Assembly (NCBI GenBank): GCA_043815245.1
Contig: JBDRJD010000014.1
Location: 14,986 to 78,985 of the forward strand
Source of the DNA: an archaeon
Lineage (GTDB): Archaea > Nanobdellota > Nanobdellia > Pacearchaeales > GW2011-AR1
Length of the DNA stretch: 64,000 nucleotides
Direction of reading: 5' to 3'
Shown here: piece after piece, positions 26,418 through 36,205 of the stretch
Layout of the letters: each line of letters starts with the position of its first letter
Numbering within the stretch: the first letter of the stretch is position 1
Notes under the pieces: model-generated
The model's database searches: none
The model's input: the letters and a program-made list of their open reading frames with translations, nothing else
What the model was told of the DNA's origin: nothing
Translations under genes and position numbers: made by a program

Positions 26418-26792
26418 TTAGTAAAAGTAAGCGATTAAGCTCCCTCCAAGATTTTTTTCATAAGCTTTTTGATGGACCATCAAACCCTGACTTGTAGAAA
26501 TAATAATAACTCCGAAATTTCTTGAGGGAAGGTATCTTCTAATATATTTATCAATCCCTTCTATCTTAACATTAAACCTTGGTTTGATCGCCTTACAGAA
26601 ATTAATCTTAGTAAAATCAATCCTTAAATTTGTCTGTTTGGTTTCAAAACTATCTATGTACCCTTCTTTTTTTGCAACTTCAAGTACCTTGAGAAGTAGT
26701 TTTGAATGCCTATTAACAGTTACTGAGTTCCTTCCTGCCTTTTTAGCATTCATTATTTGATTCAAAGCGTCTGCAACAATATCTTGACTCAT
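26418..26792 (-). CDS. rps8: Ribosomal protein S8 (uS8)
   Basis: Start moved to MSQDIVADALNQIMNAKKAG so that it abuts the S14 stop. Confidence 0.8.
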   Translation of the reverse strand: MSQDIVADALNQIMNAKKAGRNSVTVNRHSKLLLKVLEVAKKEGYIDSFETKQTNLRIDFTKINFCKAIKPRFNVKIEGIDKYIRRYLPSRNFGVIIISTSQGLMVHQKAYEKNLGGSLIAYFY

Positions 26793-26793
26793 T

Positions 26794-27024
26794 TTAACTA
26801 TATTTTTTAAATCCAAGTTCTTCTGCAATTTCCCTAAAACAGTGCCTACATAAATGCAGGCCATAGGACCTTATATGTGCTCCAAATCTCCCACATCTTT
26901 CGCATTTTTTAGATGCTATCCCAAACTTCCTATCCTTTGGTTTATTGTGTTTTAGGAACTTCTCCAAAACTAAAGGTTTTTTCCTTAGCTGCTTTAGAAG
27001 TTTCTTCCAGTCACTTGCAGTCAT
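26794..27024 (-). CDS. rps14: Ribosomal protein S14 (uS14, zinc type)
   Basis: Has the C4 zinc motif [25 protein letters not shown]. Confidence 0.85.
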   Translation of the reverse strand: MTASDWKKLLKQLRKKPLVLEKFLKHNKPKDRKFGIASKKCERCGRFGAHIRSYGLHLCRHCFREIAEELGFKKYS

Positions 27025-27534
27025 TTATTTTACCTCCGTATTAAAATTTTGTTTCATGTAAACAATAATCTCTTCCCGGGTTACTTCCTGCCTTTTTGGG
27101 ATTTTACCTTTCTTTGATTTTCTAATCTTTACTCTCCTTCCAGCTCGACTAAATACCACTGTGACATTAAAACCTATGATGCCTATGTCTCTTTGATATT
27201 CAATTCCAGGAACTTCAATGTATTCTTCAATCCCAAATGAAAGGTGATTATCTTGAATTTGTTTCTGATTTAGCTGATCCTTGATGCCTTTTAGTAGTCT
27301 GCTTAGTAGGGGTATGCCTTTTTGACCTCTAAGGGTCACCTTGCATCCTATTTCTAGACCTGGACGGACCCCAAAAGTTGGTATTCTTTTTTTAGAGCTT
27401 GTCCTAATTGGTTTCATTCCGGTAACTATCTGAAGTAATTTTGTAGCCCTATCAAGCTTTTCAGCTGTGGCTCCAGCACTTATAATTACCTTTTCTATCT
27501 TAACTTCACGCATCTTATTACTTTCCATTTTCAA
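27025..27534 (-). CDS. rpl5: Ribosomal protein L5 (uL5)
   Basis: L5 family signature is present, and operon order fits. Confidence 0.85.
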   Translation of the reverse strand: MKMESNKMREVKIEKVIISAGATAEKLDRATKLLQIVTGMKPIRTSSKKRIPTFGVRPGLEIGCKVTLRGQKGIPLLSRLLKGIKDQLNQKQIQDNHLSFGIEEYIEVPGIEYQRDIGIIGFNVTVVFSRAGRRVKIRKSKKGKIPKRQEVTREEIIVYMKQNFNTEVK

Positions 27535-28171
27535 TTGCCATCAAGTTTAGTAATTTTACATTTAATTTTTTATCTTTGAAAATAACCTCGGCCATATTTT
27601 TTCCCTCTTCGATTTTTTCAACTGTTCCCTTTTTCCCTAAGTGTTTCCCACCAATAACGATAACTTTTGCCTTGTTGCTTAACTCAATTTTTTTAATAAT
27701 CTTATTTGACTTTAGCTCAACCAAGACGGAATTACCTGTTTTAATGTCTTCGTTAGTCAAGATTGTTCTGCCATCATTTAAAGACAGTTGTGTGGTCTTA
27801 CCCTTAAGAATTTTTTTTCCTACCACTTTTAAGATCTTACTATCTAACTCCTCTTTTGAAATTTCTTCTAGTTTGAATTTCTTAAAATCCGAGTAAGTTA
27901 ACCGATAGCATTTATCTCCCTTAAGAGAGAGGGTATCAAAGAACAGTAATGGGTTTTTTTCGGATCTCATAACCTTCCCATTAACAACTATACTGCCAAG
28001 ATTCAGTATTTGTTTTGCCTCTTTCCTATTTTTAGCAATTTTAAGCATATCCCTCAAAACAATTAACAGTGGGACTCCTTTCCTTTTATTATGAGAAGGT
28101 ACAACTATGTATTTAGTCCCTTTTCTTGTTAATGGCCATTTCCTAGGCATTTTATTTCTTTTTAAGTGCAT
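27518..28171 (-). CDS. rps4e: Ribosomal protein S4e
   Basis: Begins MHLKRNKMPRKWPL, with S4 and KOW regions. Confidence 0.85.
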   Translation of the reverse strand: MHLKRNKMPRKWPLTRKGTKYIVVPSHNKRKGVPLLIVLRDMLKIAKNRKEAKQILNLGSIVVNGKVMRSEKNPLLFFDTLSLKGDKCYRLTYSDFKKFKLEEISKEELDSKILKVVGKKILKGKTTQLSLNDGRTILTNEDIKTGNSVLVELKSNKIIKKIELSNKAKVIVIGGKHLGKKGTVEKIEEGKNMAEVIFKDKKLNVKLLNLMAIENGK

Positions 28172-28562
28172 TTTTATCCTCCATGTTTCTGCTAATGGCT
28201 TGTTCTCGCTTTTTATCTTCGAGGTTTAATTCTTGAATTTGAATTTTGCTTGGGCTGAACCATACATTTACCTTAGTCCCATCTTTCTTTTGGGCCTGTA
28301 TATTTTCGATGCTTACTCTCATCTTACTCCGGTTTACTCCAGACACTTTTCCTGATTTATTCTTAAACTTGCCTCTTAGAACTTTTACGGTATCTCCTTT
28401 CCTTAGTGGGAAGGATCTCCGTGAGTATTTTTTTCTAAGTTCCTTTGAAAGATTTGAGGATAGGAAAGCTTTTTTCAGGTGTTTGGAAATATTGGCTTTA
28501 TATTTTCTCTGCTTCCTCTTCAGTTTAGAGGATTTCCATTTGGTTGAAAATTTCTTTTTCAT
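28152..28562 (-). CDS. rpl24: Ribosomal protein L24 (uL24)
   Basis: Has a KOW motif (GDTVKVLRGKFKNKSGKV). Confidence 0.85.
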   Translation of the reverse strand: MKKKFSTKWKSSKLKRKQRKYKANISKHLKKAFLSSNLSKELRKKYSRRSFPLRKGDTVKVLRGKFKNKSGKVSGVNRSKMRVSIENIQAQKKDGTKVNVWFSPSKIQIQELNLEDKKREQAISRNMEDKNALKKK

Positions 28563-28564
28563 TT

Positions 28565-28966
28565 TTAAACGACTATTGAAGCTATTTTAGCTACCTCCTT
28601 CCATCTTTCTGATATCTCTCTCGGAACAGGCCCTTTAATTTGGGTGCCCTTAGGATTTCCTTTTTCATCCTTTAACAAAGCTACGGCATTATCAGTAAAG
28701 CAGATTCGCTCCCCAGTTTTTCTTTTCCAAGGCTTTCTTTGACGAACTATTACTGCATCAAATACATGGCCCTTCATGTCAGGTTGACCTTTTCTTACAC
28801 TTACTTTTACCCAGTCAGCTATTTTAGCTGATTGCTGTCTTCCTTTTTTTGATTTTCCTTTTTTTACCGCTACAATCCTCACAATCCTCGCTCCGGAATT
28901 ATCAGTGGCCACTAATAAAGATCCTATATTCAGCCCACGGGTTGCTCTTGCGCTAATTGATTTCAT
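28565..28966 (-). CDS. rpl14: Ribosomal protein L14 (uL14)
   Basis: L14 signature is present, and operon order fits. Confidence 0.85.
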   Translation of the reverse strand: MKSISARATRGLNIGSLLVATDNSGARIVRIVAVKKGKSKKGRQQSAKIADWVKVSVRKGQPDMKGHVFDAVIVRQRKPWKRKTGERICFTDNAVALLKDEKGNPKGTQIKGPVPREISERWKEVAKIASIVV

Positions 28967-29292
28967 TTTATTTTTTCGGTTACAACAAAGTGTATTAATT
29001 TACTCAGAGGTCTGCATTCTCTGACTTTTATGTAATCTCCAACATTTATCAGATCATGCATGCAACTTGGAAGCCGCGCATGTATCCTTGTCTTTTTCTT
29101 TGCATATCTCTCGTATTTCCTAACATAATAGGTCCACTCAAATTCAATCACCACTCTTCTTAAGAATTTCTTTGTAACATACCCTTCGAAGATTCTTCCT
29201 CTGGCTGAAAGCTGACCGTGCCTTGGGCAATGTATATCCGCGCAGCTAGCTTTTTCAGCTACATTTTTCTGATTTTCTTTATTTTTTTTCAT
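28963..29292 (-). CDS. rps17: Ribosomal protein S17 (uS17)
   Basis: S17 OB fold is present, and operon order fits. Confidence 0.85.
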   Translation of the reverse strand: MKKNKENQKNVAEKASCADIHCPRHGQLSARGRIFEGYVTKKFLRRVVIEFEWTYYVRKYERYAKKKTRIHARLPSCMHDLINVGDYIKVRECRPLSKLIHFVVTEKIK

Positions 29293-29298
29293 TTTGTT

Positions 29299-29598
29299 TT
29301 ACTCAGATATTGAGTCTTCTGAAAAGCCTAACTTTATCAGGGCTTGTTTTACTTTTTTCTTGTGGTTGCCTTGGAGCTCAATAACTCCTTCCTTCACTGT
29401 TCCACCGCAAGCAAACTCGCTTTTTAATTCTTTTCCAATCTCCTTAATGTTTACTCCCTCTCCAATTCCATGAATAAGGGTCATATATTTTCCGTATCTT
29501 CTCTTCACTAATTCTACTGTGATCTTTTGTTCACTTTTTGCGATGTCCTCACAAACACAAGCCTGTTTTGGCAGGCCACACTTTGGGCATATGTCCAT
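29299..29598 (-). CDS. sui1: Translation initiation factor 1 (aSUI1/eIF1)
   Basis: A 99-aa protein with an N-terminal Cys cluster (CPKCGLPKQACVC) followed by a SUI1 fold. Confidence 0.75.
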   Translation of the reverse strand: MDICPKCGLPKQACVCEDIAKSEQKITVELVKRRYGKYMTLIHGIGEGVNIKEIGKELKSEFACGGTVKEGVIELQGNHKKKVKQALIKLGFSEDSISE

Positions 29599-29600
29599 TT

Positions 29601-29774
29601 TTAATTTTTGGTGAGTATCCTGGCTATGGCCTTCTTAATTTCCTTAGCCTTTATTTTACTTGATTTATTGGCAGCTACATTTTTCTTAATAAGTTCCATT
29701 CTAAGTTCTTTTAACTTTTCTTGTTTTTCTTTTTCATTCATCTTCTTTATTTCTTTATTCTTTAGCACTGCCAT
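29601..29774 (-). CDS. rpl29: Ribosomal protein L29 (uL29)
   Basis: Hand-found ORF MAVLKNKEIKKMNEKEKQEKLKELRMELIKKNVAANKSSKIKAKEIKKAIARILTKN. The start may instead be the internal Met at 29741, because the longer form overlaps the S3 3' end by 20 nt. Confidence 0.6.
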   Translation of the reverse strand: MAVLKNKEIKKMNEKEKQEKLKELRMELIKKNVAANKSSKIKAKEIKKAIARILTKN

Positions 29775-30519
29775 CTGATTTTAACTCTTCTTCTTTAATT
29801 TTAGTTTCTTTTTTCTTAGTTTTTTTCTTGGGTTTTTCTTGTTTTGATTCGTCCAATTCTATTTTTCTTGCCCTGATTTTGCTTTTTAGTTCATCTGTGA
29901 CTTTAATTTGGTCGTGAATCTTTGCATCTGGAGGAAGAATTGCCACCTTTACCCCACTTATTCCGGGTTGAGTTAGTGCAGTGGCTTTTGCTCTCGAAAC
30001 TATCTTGGCTGTGTCTCCTGTTTTCTTAAGATAACCTGAAGTAAATCTCCAGGACCGGGATCTCTCGCTTGGCAATCTCCCAGATAGCTTTATCTCAACA
30101 CCCAGGGCTCCAGCTTTCATAATTCTTTCAAGAGCTTTGTAGGCGATTATTTTGAACCTTAGGTTGCCTAGTTTTTCTAAGGACAAAGCAATCTCATCAG
30201 CCATAGTCTGGGCATCGAACTCAGGACGGGTTATCTCTAGAATTTCAATATGTGGATTTTCTAACTTGAATTTTGCCTTGATAACATTAGTGATCTCATT
30301 AATCTTTTCCCCCTTCCTCCCAATAACAAAACCTGGTTTACTTGTGGAGATTATTATTTTTTCGCCGACTGGAGTGTACTCTATCTTAACAGAACTGATT
30401 CTTCCTTTTCCTAAAGACTTTTTGATAAATTCCTTTACATTAAATTCATTTTTCTTGAAGTCTACAAACTTTTTTTCTTCCATTTTAATTTTTATCCTTT
30501 TTGTCGGCCTCCCTTGCAA
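29755..30519 (-). CDS. rps3: Ribosomal protein S3 (uS3) with K/E-rich C-terminal tail
   Basis: Has a KH domain (GFVIGRKGEKINEI) and a C-terminal domain. Confidence 0.85.
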   Translation of the reverse strand: MQGRPTKRIKIKMEEKKFVDFKKNEFNVKEFIKKSLGKGRISSVKIEYTPVGEKIIISTSKPGFVIGRKGEKINEITNVIKAKFKLENPHIEILEITRPEFDAQTMADEIALSLEKLGNLRFKIIAYKALERIMKAGALGVEIKLSGRLPSERSRSWRFTSGYLKKTGDTAKIVSRAKATALTQPGISGVKVAILPPDAKIHDQIKVTDELKSKIRARKIELDESKQEKPKKKTKKKETKIKEEELKSDGSAKE

Positions 30520-31018
30520 TTAGAAGAATATGTGTTCTTTTAAACTTCATGGATCCAAATCTCTTTGATGGCTTGGAAGCTTGATTTGCTGTAGCCACTT
30601 TGATTGTGGGAGACTCTAACCCATTTACAGTTGAGTTTGCTGAAAGGGCGCTTATTAGTTTTATAAAGGCTTGGCTCGCTCTTAGAGGGTATCTCCCTCT
30701 TTCTATGCCCTTTCTGTGAGGTATCTCTCCTTTCATTGGGACTGCAAGTTTCTTGTTGACTACTTTCTTAAGATTTTCTATTGCTTGATCAGGAGATTTA
30801 TTTTTTATGAACCTGCAGATTGCAATCGAGTGCTTAGTAGATATCTTTAGGTCCCGGCCTCTAGCAATTGCCTCATCTTTCTTAATTGTTTCTTCTTTCT
30901 TTTTCTTTGGTTTCTTCTCTTCTTTCTTTTCTATAGGATTTACTTCTTTTGTGTCTGAAGCTTCAGCTAGTTTCTTCTCTTCTTTCTTTTCTATAGGATT
31001 TACTTCTTTATCTTCCAT
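30485..31018 (-). CDS. rpl22: Ribosomal protein L22 (uL22) with repeated N-terminal extension
   Basis: An L22 core (RASQAFIKLISALSANSTV...KRFGSMKFKRTHILLIARE) follows a duplicated KEVNPIEKKEEKK segment. Confidence 0.8.
   Translation of the reverse strand: MEDKEVNPIEKKEEKKLAEASDTKEVNPIEKKEEKKPKKKKEETIKKDEAIARGRDLKISTKHSIAICRFIKNKSPDQAIENLKKVVNKKLAVPMKGEIPHRKGIERGRYPLRASQAFIKLISALSANSTVNGLESPTIKVATANQASKPSKRFGSMKFKRTHILLIAREADKKDKN
30910..31009. repeat. Direct in-frame tandem duplication (40-nt identical core, 60-nt period) inside the rpl22 5' end
   Basis: gtttcttctcttctttcttttctataggatttacttcttt occurs at 30910 and again at 30970. It encodes the repeated peptide EVNPIEKKEEKK. Confidence 0.8.
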
Positions 31019-31019
31019 T

Positions 31020-31403
31020 TTATTTCACAGATAAGGCTGCTGAACTTCTGGTAGCTCCAATTCCCGGAGCTCCGTGCTGTACTTTACCCCTAGTTGGAGC
31101 AAACTCTCCTAACCTATGGCCTAGCATCTCTTCTGTTATGATAATTTTCGAAAATTCTTTACCGTTATGAACAGATATTGTGAGGCCAACCATTTTAGGT
31201 ACAATAACTAAATCCCTTAAATGTGTTTTTACTGGTTTACCTTTATCAATCCGTTTCTTGTTTTTTGTAATAAAGTTTTCAATAGTCTGAAAATTTCTTA
31301 GGATATACCTTCTCTGAGTAGACTTAACATATTTTGCAAACTCGCGAGTATCCAACTGCTTAAGTTCTTCTAATGATTTTCCTCTAAAATTGAAATCTGC
31401 CAT
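31020..31403 (-). CDS. rps19: Ribosomal protein S19 (uS19)
   Basis: S19 signature ([11 protein letters not shown]) is present. Confidence 0.85.
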   Translation of the reverse strand: MADFNFRGKSLEELKQLDTREFAKYVKSTQRRYILRNFQTIENFITKNKKRIDKGKPVKTHLRDLVIVPKMVGLTISVHNGKEFSKIIITEEMLGHRLGEFAPTRGKVQHGAPGIGATRSSAALSVK

Positions 31404-32104
31404 TATCTTCTCTTACCCTTCCTTCTCCCAGTCCTTCTTGGTCTTAAATGTCCTACATTGGCTCCAGGAGGAGCATTTCTTTTAGCAATCTTGCTTTTAA
31501 TTCTTTTTCCTCTACCAGAACCAAATGGGTGATCTATAGCATTCATTTTTACAGCTGAAGTTCTTGGCCAAAGTTTGCTTTTTGCTTTTTTAATATAATA
31601 CTGTTTTCCTGCTTTAATAATCGGTTTTTTTACTCTGCCTGAACCTGCAATCTCCCCAACAGTTGCTCTACAGTGCCCTAAAAATAGGAGTTCTTTCCTA
31701 TTTGGAAGTAAAATTGTTACTTTTTCTGCTTTCTTAGTAATGACCCCGTATGACCCAGATGCACGCATTATTTTCCCTCCATCTCCTGGAGACCTTTCAA
31801 TATTGAAAACTCTCCTACCCGTGGGTATATCTTTTAATTGAAGTATGTTGCCCTCACTTAACTTACTCCCTAGTTCTATTTCTTGGCCTTCAAAAAGACC
31901 TTTTGCTGCAGGATTATAAAATACTTCATCATTGACTTTTATTTTTGCGAGTGGTGCAGAATGCCCTGCTGAGTTTAGGAGTTTTACAACCTTGGCTTTT
32001 CCGATAGATGCAGGATATTTTATCTTATATTTGAAAGCATTTCTACGAACTCTATAAGTTAGAGTTCCCCTTCCACGTCTCTGTTGAATAATTCGTTTTC
32101 CCAT
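31403..32104 (-). CDS. rpl2: Ribosomal protein L2 (uL2)
   Basis: L2 family signature is present, and operon order fits. Confidence 0.9.
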   Translation of the reverse strand: MGKRIIQQRRGRGTLTYRVRRNAFKYKIKYPASIGKAKVVKLLNSAGHSAPLAKIKVNDEVFYNPAAKGLFEGQEIELGSKLSEGNILQLKDIPTGRRVFNIERSPGDGGKIMRASGSYGVITKKAEKVTILLPNRKELLFLGHCRATVGEIAGSGRVKKPIIKAGKQYYIKKAKSKLWPRTSAVKMNAIDHPFGSGRGKRIKSKIAKRNAPPGANVGHLRPRRTGRRKGKRR

Positions 32105-32105
32105 G

Positions 32106-32348
32106 TTATATCATACCCAATTTAGTGGCAATATCAATTGCTGGATTTTTTTTGTCGAGGGTTACGTAAGCGTTTTTCTTATTCCCCCTTACTAAGGTGT
32201 TCACACTTTTTACTTTGACCTTAAATGCGTCCTCAACTTGCTTTTTTATTTCAGCTTTTTTAGATTTCCTCTCTACAGTGAAAATAAGTGTGTTTTCTAA
32301 CTCAATTAATTTAACTGCTTTTTCTGTGGTGATTGGTTTAAGTATCAT
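32106..32348 (-). CDS. rpl23: Ribosomal protein L23 (uL23)
   Basis: An 80-aa L23-family protein. Confidence 0.85.
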   Translation of the reverse strand: MILKPITTEKAVKLIELENTLIFTVERKSKKAEIKKQVEDAFKVKVKSVNTLVRGNKKNAYVTLDKKNPAIDIATKLGMI

Positions 32349-33133
32349 TTTTCTTTAACTCCCTTTAGCTCCTCTATTGCTTTTTCTGTGTAGATCGTCA
32401 ATCTTCCCAGCGGCCAAAGGTCAGATATTTCCAAATCTGATATCTTTTTTATATCTATGCCAGAAAGCTTCTTTTGTTCTTTGCTACCAATAATAAGCAG
32501 GAGTCCCGCGTTTTTCTTGTACTTCCTCCCGCGTAATTTTCCTCGGCCACTCCTAACCTTTTTCTTTTGAATTGTTAGATCATTAAGACTGCCCAGAATA
32601 CTCCTTAAAACACCGAAGAACTCTTTGGATTTTAAGTTTAGGAGACTGCTTTCTACTATCAGAGGAAGTTCTATCTTTATTTCTTCTATACTCCCATATC
32701 TTTTGATTAAATGATCTTGAAACCCTGTTGAAGACAGTGCTGATTGGATTGCAATCTCAATCTCCTTCTTATTAATTTTCTTTTGCATTTTGAAATGTTC
32801 TGGTTTAGGAGCATGGGCTTTTCTTCCCCCACGAGTGGATGCAACGGTGGCGCCTACCCAATAAAAATGGTCTCCCCTTCTCCAGAGAATTTTCCTAGGT
32901 ATCCTGGAGATGCCATGCCCATAAGTAGTCTTCCACTTATGTCTTCGGTGTTTTAGTTTACCGCTGGCAGAGTATTTCATACCTGCGAGTGCATTTGGAC
33001 CGTATGGTTGGATTTGTTTTGTTGCTTCAAAATATTTTTGGCAGATATCTTCCCGGATTTTTTTATTAAACCAACTAGGAAGCTCTACTGAAGATTTTTT
33101 CTTGCCGTCTAGGGAGAGTATATTTGCTTTCAT
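32345..33133 (-). CDS. rpl4: Ribosomal protein L4 (uL4)
   Basis: L4 family signature is present, and operon order fits. Confidence 0.85.
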   Translation of the reverse strand: MKANILSLDGKKKSSVELPSWFNKKIREDICQKYFEATKQIQPYGPNALAGMKYSASGKLKHRRHKWKTTYGHGISRIPRKILWRRGDHFYWVGATVASTRGGRKAHAPKPEHFKMQKKINKKEIEIAIQSALSSTGFQDHLIKRYGSIEEIKIELPLIVESSLLNLKSKEFFGVLRSILGSLNDLTIQKKKVRSGRGKLRGRKYKKNAGLLLIIGSKEQKKLSGIDIKKISDLEISDLWPLGRLTIYTEKAIEELKGVKEK

Positions 33134-34074
33134 CTTAATTCCAAAAACTCAAAAGTTTTCTTTTCTTGTTTTCTTGTTTTTCTAAGAGGTTTAGTTAAGA
33201 GCAATTGCCTTTTCTGCGAACCCTGTACCGAACCCCTTAATATGAGATACTCATTTTTTATCTTGCCATAATGTTTAAATCCTTGAGGGGGATTAATATC
33301 TGTCTCAGAAATCCTCCCTATAAAGATAATTTTGTTGTTATAAACGATCAGGGAAAACATACCTAGTTTCCCTGCCATTGGAACTCTGAATGTCACCCTG
33401 GCGGGATGCCATGGTCCAAGGCTTCCAGGAAGTCTTCTCCCTTTTTCTGATTTGTGACCCTTCATCCCAATTCCAAATCTCTTCATAGGCCCAGATAATC
33501 CCTTACCTTTTGTTAAACCACGAACATCAACTAATCCTGAATCTTTTAACACGTCTGCTAAAAGGATTTCCTTTTTAGAATAATCTTTAACAAATTTTAT
33601 TTTTTCTTCCTTGTTGCCGCCAAGACCGAGTTCTATTAAGTCGGGGGTTTTCTTAATGGAAGTGACTTTCACTAAAGAGTAAACAAGAATTGTTAAATCG
33701 TCAAAGTCTTCTTTTTCTAGGGCTTCGAGACCCTTGAGCTGCTTGGGAAGTTTTAATTTCTTTTTAAGCTCTTTATCATTATTCAGAATTAGGTCATTTT
33801 TAACTAGGCCATTTTTATACAACCTTGCTGAGAATATTTTCATAGGGGGTGCTTCAAGAACAGTGACTGGGACGGAGATTCTTTTTCCCTTAGTCATTGA
33901 GTTAGGGGTGTTATCCTTAACCAGAGCAGATTTCATACCTACTTTATATGTGATAAAACCTAGAACTCCAAGATCTTTTATGGGGCTCCAGTTCACACTA
34001 GGAATAGCTTTCTTGGCTCTTTTACGAGGCCAATACTGAAGACTACCAAATCTTGGTCTACTTTGTTTTGGCAT
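33130..34074 (-). CDS. rpl3: Ribosomal protein L3 (uL3)
   Basis: L3 family signature is present, and it is the first gene of the conserved L3-L4-L23-L2 block. Confidence 0.85.
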   Translation of the reverse strand: MPKQSRPRFGSLQYWPRKRAKKAIPSVNWSPIKDLGVLGFITYKVGMKSALVKDNTPNSMTKGKRISVPVTVLEAPPMKIFSARLYKNGLVKNDLILNNDKELKKKLKLPKQLKGLEALEKEDFDDLTILVYSLVKVTSIKKTPDLIELGLGGNKEEKIKFVKDYSKKEILLADVLKDSGLVDVRGLTKGKGLSGPMKRFGIGMKGHKSEKGRRLPGSLGPWHPARVTFRVPMAGKLGMFSLIVYNNKIIFIGRISETDINPPQGFKHYGKIKNEYLILRGSVQGSQKRQLLLTKPLRKTRKQEKKTFEFLELR

Positions 34075-34174
34075 TTAATTAAATACATCATGCTAGCAAC
34101 CCCTAGCTAGTTTACATAATTAGAGTCCTAGGATTAATGCGAATTTAGGGTTTATAAAGCTTATTATGGACTGC

Positions 34175-35269
34175 TTAACCAAATCGGTCCTCTAAAAGAG
34201 GTTGGAGGGATTCTTTGTGTATTTCAATAATACTCTCTGCAACTTGCTCTGGAGTTCTGCCTAGGCCGGTACCTTCTAAAAAAGCTTGTGTAAAATCTGG
34301 GCCTATATGGGCTTGGAAAGATTGTTTGCTTAGTAACAAAGAAAGAAAACTGTGAAAAGTTCTTACTGCTCCTGGTTTCAGGCAATTAGCCCCAACAAAA
34401 TACCAATCTCTTCTTAAGGAATCATGATCTGTAATGGGGGTGGCGTCTTCAAAGTCTGCTAGCTCCCCTGCAAGGGTGATATTTCTAAGATTGGGGTATT
34501 TATGTATTAACCCTAGATGAATTAAAGCTGCGTAAGACTTGCCCCCTTCAAAAACTGCCTGTTCAAGCCTATCTTTTGGAATCTTGGTGTCATAATAAAC
34601 AATCCTGAATGGGCAACGTGAGGCTCTTACTAAGTATCCTGCTTTTTCTTTAATAATATATGGAAACTCTTTTTTTTCATATTTTAAGTCTCCTCCGGTC
34701 AGTTCTTCTAAAAGAGAGGTAACTTCTTCTAAACCCTCTTTTTCATAGATTCCAAAGATTAAGCTCGCATCTTCAGGTTTAGCTTGGCCGTTGGTTGCTA
34801 AAGATACCAAACCCAGAATGAGCTGCTTTTCAAATTCCTCTTTAGGGAACTCTAATAAGGAAAGAGGTTTTTGGGTCCTTATTTCTTGTGAATCCATAAC
34901 TTGTTTGAGTAGGAAGTACTCAGAGGCAGCATTTACAAAATACATCCCAAAGTTAAGGTCTCCTTCACTATGACGAAGAGGAAATAAATGTTTACCATCT
35001 TGCCCATAACCTTTAACTTCTCTATAAAAATTCTCCCCATCGACTAAAATGGGAGATGGATCAAATACCGTCCTCACACCCATAAAATTATAATGGGGGA
35101 CCAAAGTTTGGGCTTCAGTTCTTATACCTTTGGGGATGTATCCTAACTGCCTTCCAGCTTTGGTTGAATCAACAACTAATGCTCGCTTAGGGATAATCCT
35201 CTTTTTCCAATCTGATAATTCATGCACATGCTTACTAACCAACTCTTGAATCTCATTTGTATTTAACAT
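34175..35269 (-). CDS. Hypothetical protein (364 aa), compositionally atypical
   Basis: No confidently recognisable family. Codon usage and GC look higher than in the flanking ribosomal operon. Confidence 0.35.
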   Translation of the reverse strand: MLNTNEIQELVSKHVHELSDWKKRIIPKRALVVDSTKAGRQLGYIPKGIRTEAQTLVPHYNFMGVRTVFDPSPILVDGENFYREVKGYGQDGKHLFPLRHSEGDLNFGMYFVNAASEYFLLKQVMDSQEIRTQKPLSLLEFPKEEFEKQLILGLVSLATNGQAKPEDASLIFGIYEKEGLEEVTSLLEELTGGDLKYEKKEFPYIIKEKAGYLVRASRCPFRIVYYDTKIPKDRLEQAVFEGGKSYAALIHLGLIHKYPNLRNITLAGELADFEDATPITDHDSLRRDWYFVGANCLKPGAVRTFHSFLSLLLSKQSFQAHIGPDFTQAFLEGTGLGRTPEQVAESIIEIHKESLQPLLEDRFG

Positions 35270-35318
35270 TTTATCTTAGAACTCTTTTTACACTTAGGGT
35301 TTTATAAAACTTCGGAGT

Positions 35319-36134
35319 TTATTTGCACCCGTATATTGTAGTGAAATAATTGATTTTTTTGTAATAATTAACAAAACTTTTAATCTGAGGGGGGTTTATC
35401 TTTTTTTGTTTATCAACATCAAAAAGACTAAATTTATTTTTGAGGAGGGTATCTAGAAAATCCTGAGGGTTAGACCCAATTGAAGTTAAGTTTTCTGGGG
35501 AAAACTCCACAGTGAATTTTAGACCTTTATTTTTTAAAGTATTTTTCATGCCGTTAAATGCAAAAAGCTCTGCCCCTTGAATATCCATTTTAAAAAACTT
35601 AATTTTTTTTAAATTTTTTTTAAGATAGGTGTCTAATCTTACAGAATCAACTTCATACCTGCTTTCGCTCTCTCTTTCTTTATCATTAAACGTAGGATAT
35701 ATTCTTGTATCTCCTTTATTGATTTTCGACAAAAAGAGTTTAACTCTGCCATTTTTATTGGAAACTGCCTTATTCTCAAGAATAACATTTTTGTAGCCGT
35801 TTTCCTTTACATTTTTCTGCAGGACCTTGAAGTTTTCAGGATCTGGTTCGAATGAAAATACTTTGCCATTTTTACCAACAAGTTTTGCAAGAAGGAGAGT
35901 GTAGTATCCTATATGGGCTCCGACATCAAGAACATAGTCTCCTGATTTGATAGTTCTTTTGAGTAGGTCCACATGCCTCGGCTCATAATTTCTTCTTATA
36001 GAGAGCAATAAAGAATCTTTAGAATCTAAGAACATCTTATTCCCCTGTACATTTACCACCTTATTAGGGTTCACGAGATATTTTAGTGCTTGTCTCCAAA
36101 GGAAATTCTTTAATCTTATAGCTAAGTGGGCCAT
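35319..36134 (-). CDS. FkbM-family SAM-dependent methyltransferase
   Basis: Has VLDVGAHIGYYTLLLAKLV...VFSFEPDPENF...VDSVRLDTYL, the typical FkbM layout. Confidence 0.6.
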   Translation of the reverse strand: MAHLAIRLKNFLWRQALKYLVNPNKVVNVQGNKMFLDSKDSLLLSIRRNYEPRHVDLLKRTIKSGDYVLDVGAHIGYYTLLLAKLVGKNGKVFSFEPDPENFKVLQKNVKENGYKNVILENKAVSNKNGRVKLFLSKINKGDTRIYPTFNDKERESESRYEVDSVRLDTYLKKNLKKIKFFKMDIQGAELFAFNGMKNTLKNKGLKFTVEFSPENLTSIGSNPQDFLDTLLKNKFSLFDVDKQKKINPPQIKSFVNYYKKINYFTTIYGCK

Positions 36135-36205
36135 ACGGGGAATTGTTTTTATTTATTTATAAATGTTTGGACAAAAATTTAGGCATAATAAAAAGCAGAT
36201 ATTTT

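Noticed and set aside
30910-31009. A direct repeat, considered as a possible CRISPR/minisatellite
   Set aside because: There are only two copies. They are in-frame inside rpl22 and have no spacer/repeat architecture. I recorded this as an intragenic duplication.
34075-34175. A GCTAGC...CTAGC palindrome between the 364-aa gene and rpl3, considered as a terminator or operator
   Set aside because: It is a short 5-6 bp stem without a following T-tract, so I cannot tell it from chance in AT-rich DNA.
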